From contig JBDRGO010000030.1 of assembly GCA_043817715.1 (NCBI GenBank), positions 1-37,216 of the forward strand: 37,216 nt of DNA. The letters are read 5' to 3'. Below the pieces are notes generated by a model. That model was given only the letters and a program-made list of their open reading frames with translations, was not told where the DNA came from and did not search any database. Source of the stretch: Candidatus Iainarchaeum sp. GTDB taxonomy: Archaea; Iainarchaeota; Iainarchaeia; Iainarchaeales; JAFGBZ01. The first letter of the stretch is position 1. Each line of letters starts with the position of its first letter. The translations under genes and the position numbers were made by a program. Positions 34,998 through 37,216 of this stretch are shown here, piece by piece.

Positions 34998-36149
34998 TTA
35001 AATGCCTTCAGCATTTTCAGCTTCACTGCATACACTGAATTCAGGGTGCATTTCACATATTGCCTTTTTCATATCCACCAATGGAATCAAATACCTGCAT
35101 CCAACCAATGCAGCAAAACCTCTTGTAATACGCAAGTTATTAAAGTAACTTTTTGGAATAGGCATCAAATCATTAACTGAACCCATAACACATTGCTCTA
35201 ATTCACTTTGAACCAAACCAGATGCATTGCCTGCCCTGACCAATTCACCTTCCTTTAATGCCTGCCCTAAATGCTTGTTTGCAGGGCTTCCGCATCTGAA
35301 AAGCGAAGGATCATAAGGCGCAGAAGCCAAATCAAACCCGTTCAAATCATAACCGCAATAAATTGCTTTAACTGCATTGTCAAATTCACTGTATTTTCCC
35401 ATTGAATCAGCACAGTACATGTATTTTGAAGTCAAATCATTTCCTTCAGTTATTTTTTCAGTGGAAACATAAACAAATCCAAAATCAATTTCATCCTTAA
35501 AATCCCTTAAAACCGAATCAATTTCCTCATTATAAACAATGCTTGAATCGTCATAAGGGGAATCCAGTAAAAATACATTTAATTTATTTTCATCATTAAC
35601 GCATTCATTATTCAGATAATATCTTGTTCGATATTCATTAGGGTCAAGGTTTGCCTCAAAAACAACATAATATCCGTCCTTTAAAACAAAACCCTGCTCC
35701 TGCAATGCACGTGAAATAGCAGGATAAGCCTTAATGTCCTCGCTGTTAACCAAAGCAGTAGGCACTGAATCAATATCATATTTTTGAACAAAACCTTTGC
35801 CTTCTTCTGATTCAACTGAAACTCCCCTTACATCATAATAAACATTTTTTCCGGTAAATGAATCCAGAATAGTGTTGCCTTTAGTGCATAGTTTGCATTC
35901 ATCTGAATAAAGCAAAATAATCTTAACCGGCTTTATCTGCGTGTCACATTTCGGACATTCCGCACAGACAGGGGCTTTAACAGGCAGAATCAGCGGATAA
36001 ACAAAAAAACCAACTAATAAAGCCAAAACAACCAATAATCCAGCCAAATAAAACGGAACAGAATTAAATTCCTTTTTTTCCCCCTTATTTTCTTTTTCTT
36101 TTGATTTTATTTCCTGAACTTCCTTTTTTTCTTCCATTAAAAACACCAT
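34998..36149 (-). CDS. Membrane-anchored thioredoxin/DsbA-like protein
   Basis: TM helix, CAECPKC linker, Y...CKLC and I..VP thioredoxin-fold motifs, Cys-rich second domain. Confidence 0.65.
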   Translation of the reverse strand: MVFLMEEKKEVQEIKSKEKENKGEKKEFNSVPFYLAGLLVVLALLVGFFVYPLILPVKAPVCAECPKCDTQIKPVKIILLYSDECKLCTKGNTILDSFTGKNVYYDVRGVSVESEEGKGFVQKYDIDSVPTALVNSEDIKAYPAISRALQEQGFVLKDGYYVVFEANLDPNEYRTRYYLNNECVNDENKLNVFLLDSPYDDSSIVYNEEIDSVLRDFKDEIDFGFVYVSTEKITEGNDLTSKYMYCADSMGKYSEFDNAVKAIYCGYDLNGFDLASAPYDPSLFRCGSPANKHLGQALKEGELVRAGNASGLVQSELEQCVMGSVNDLMPIPKSYFNNLRITRGFAALVGCRYLIPLVDMKKAICEMHPEFSVCSEAENAEGI

Positions 36150-36387
36150 TTAACTAAAAGCAATTATAATCAATTAGTAATAAACATTTAAAAAGATTAC
36201 AACCAAGCAATCAAAAACAAATATTACAGCAATGCAATCAAAAACAAGCAATTCAAAAAAAAAAAGTGAATGAAAATGCATTTAATTGCTTCGTAATTAA
36301 AACTTTAAATCACTTAAAGATGATTTGAATGCATTTAACTTTTTACAGGAAAAAATTTAAAAATTCAAATCCTTTGGAGGAATTTGA

Positions 36388-37152
36388 ATGCATTTAATTG
36401 ATTCCCACTGCCACCTGAACGAATTAAGCAGAATGAGGGAAATTGAAGAAACAATAAAAAAAGCAGAAGAAAACAATGTAAAAACAATTATTTCAAATTC
36501 AGTTGACCTGAATTCAATGAAAAAAAATATTGAACTGCAGGAAAAATTCAGTTCAGTCAAATGCGCCCTGGGAATCCATCCAAGCAATATACTGAAAATG
36601 AATGAAAAAGAAATCAATGAGGGAATTAAATTCATTGAAAAAAATATTTCAAAAGCAATTGCTTTAGGGGAAATTGGATTGGATTTCAGGCATGCGGAAA
36701 CACAGGAACAAAAAGAAAAACAAAGAAGAATTTTTCAGGAATTAATTGAATTAGGAAACAAAAAAAGAAAAGCATTGATTGTCCATTCAAGGTATGCGGG
36801 AAAAAACTGTTTAGAAATGCTTGAAGAAAAAAAATCAGAAAAAGTATTAATGCACTGGTTTACTAATTCAATAAAAGAAATTCAAAAAGCAGTTGAATTG
36901 AATTATTTTATTTCAGTTGGCCCAAGTATATTGAATTCAATTGAAACACAGAAAATAGTGAAAGAAATTCCAATGGAATTCCTTCTGCTTGAAACTGACT
37001 GCCCGGTAAAGTTTAATGGAATTCCTTCAGAGCCTTTTTGGATAAAGGAAGTTGCGGAAAAACTAAGTGAATTAAAGGAAATTTCAGTTGAGGAATTAAC
37101 TGAACAGGCATTTAAAAACGCAGTAAACTTTTTCGAAACAGGCTTAAAATAA
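36388..37152 (+). CDS. tatD: TatD-family nuclease
   Basis: IDSHCHL, GIHP, GEIGLD, VHSR, HWF, LLETDCP. Confidence 0.95.
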   Translation: MHLIDSHCHLNELSRMREIEETIKKAEENNVKTIISNSVDLNSMKKNIELQEKFSSVKCALGIHPSNILKMNEKEINEGIKFIEKNISKAIALGEIGLDFRHAETQEQKEKQRRIFQELIELGNKKRKALIVHSRYAGKNCLEMLEEKKSEKVLMHWFTNSIKEIQKAVELNYFISVGPSILNSIETQKIVKEIPMEFLLLETDCPVKFNGIPSEPFWIKEVAEKLSELKEISVEELTEQAFKNAVNFFETGLK

Positions 37153-37216
37153 CAAAACAAATACTTAATAGCAACAAATAAATACTTTCCTTAAAAGAAT
37201 TATTTCAGTGAAAAAA

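Overview
AT-rich archaeal chromosome segment, most consistent with a DPANN lineage (Iainarchaeota/Diapherotrites-like; this is inference from GatDE, archaeal ProRS, ATP-dependent ligase, Dph6 and a DRG GTPase). It starts inside an IS66 element whose right end interrupts yjbQ. It carries four tRNA genes (Ile-GAU; Gln-CUG with a 52-nt D-loop intron; Pro-UGG; Pro-GGG with an unusual C33), translation and housekeeping genes, several membrane/surface proteins, and three metabolic cassettes: DUF1015-aminotransferase-serA, class 1 fbp plus class II fba, and gnd plus an apparent Pgl-Zwf fusion. The most notable observations are (1) a free-standing HTH-LAGLIDADG gene ending 12 nt upstream of the intron-containing tRNA-Gln, (2) a two-copy, covarying hairpin/pseudoknot element, one copy abutting the tRNA-Ile CCA and one upstream of gatD, (3) the Plasmodium-order 6PGL-G6PD fusion, (4) a possible serine-kinase route, and (5) a dispersed TTTAAA hairpin family that encloses Shine-Dalgarno sites. 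All calls were made by eye from motifs; no database searches or folding computations were run.
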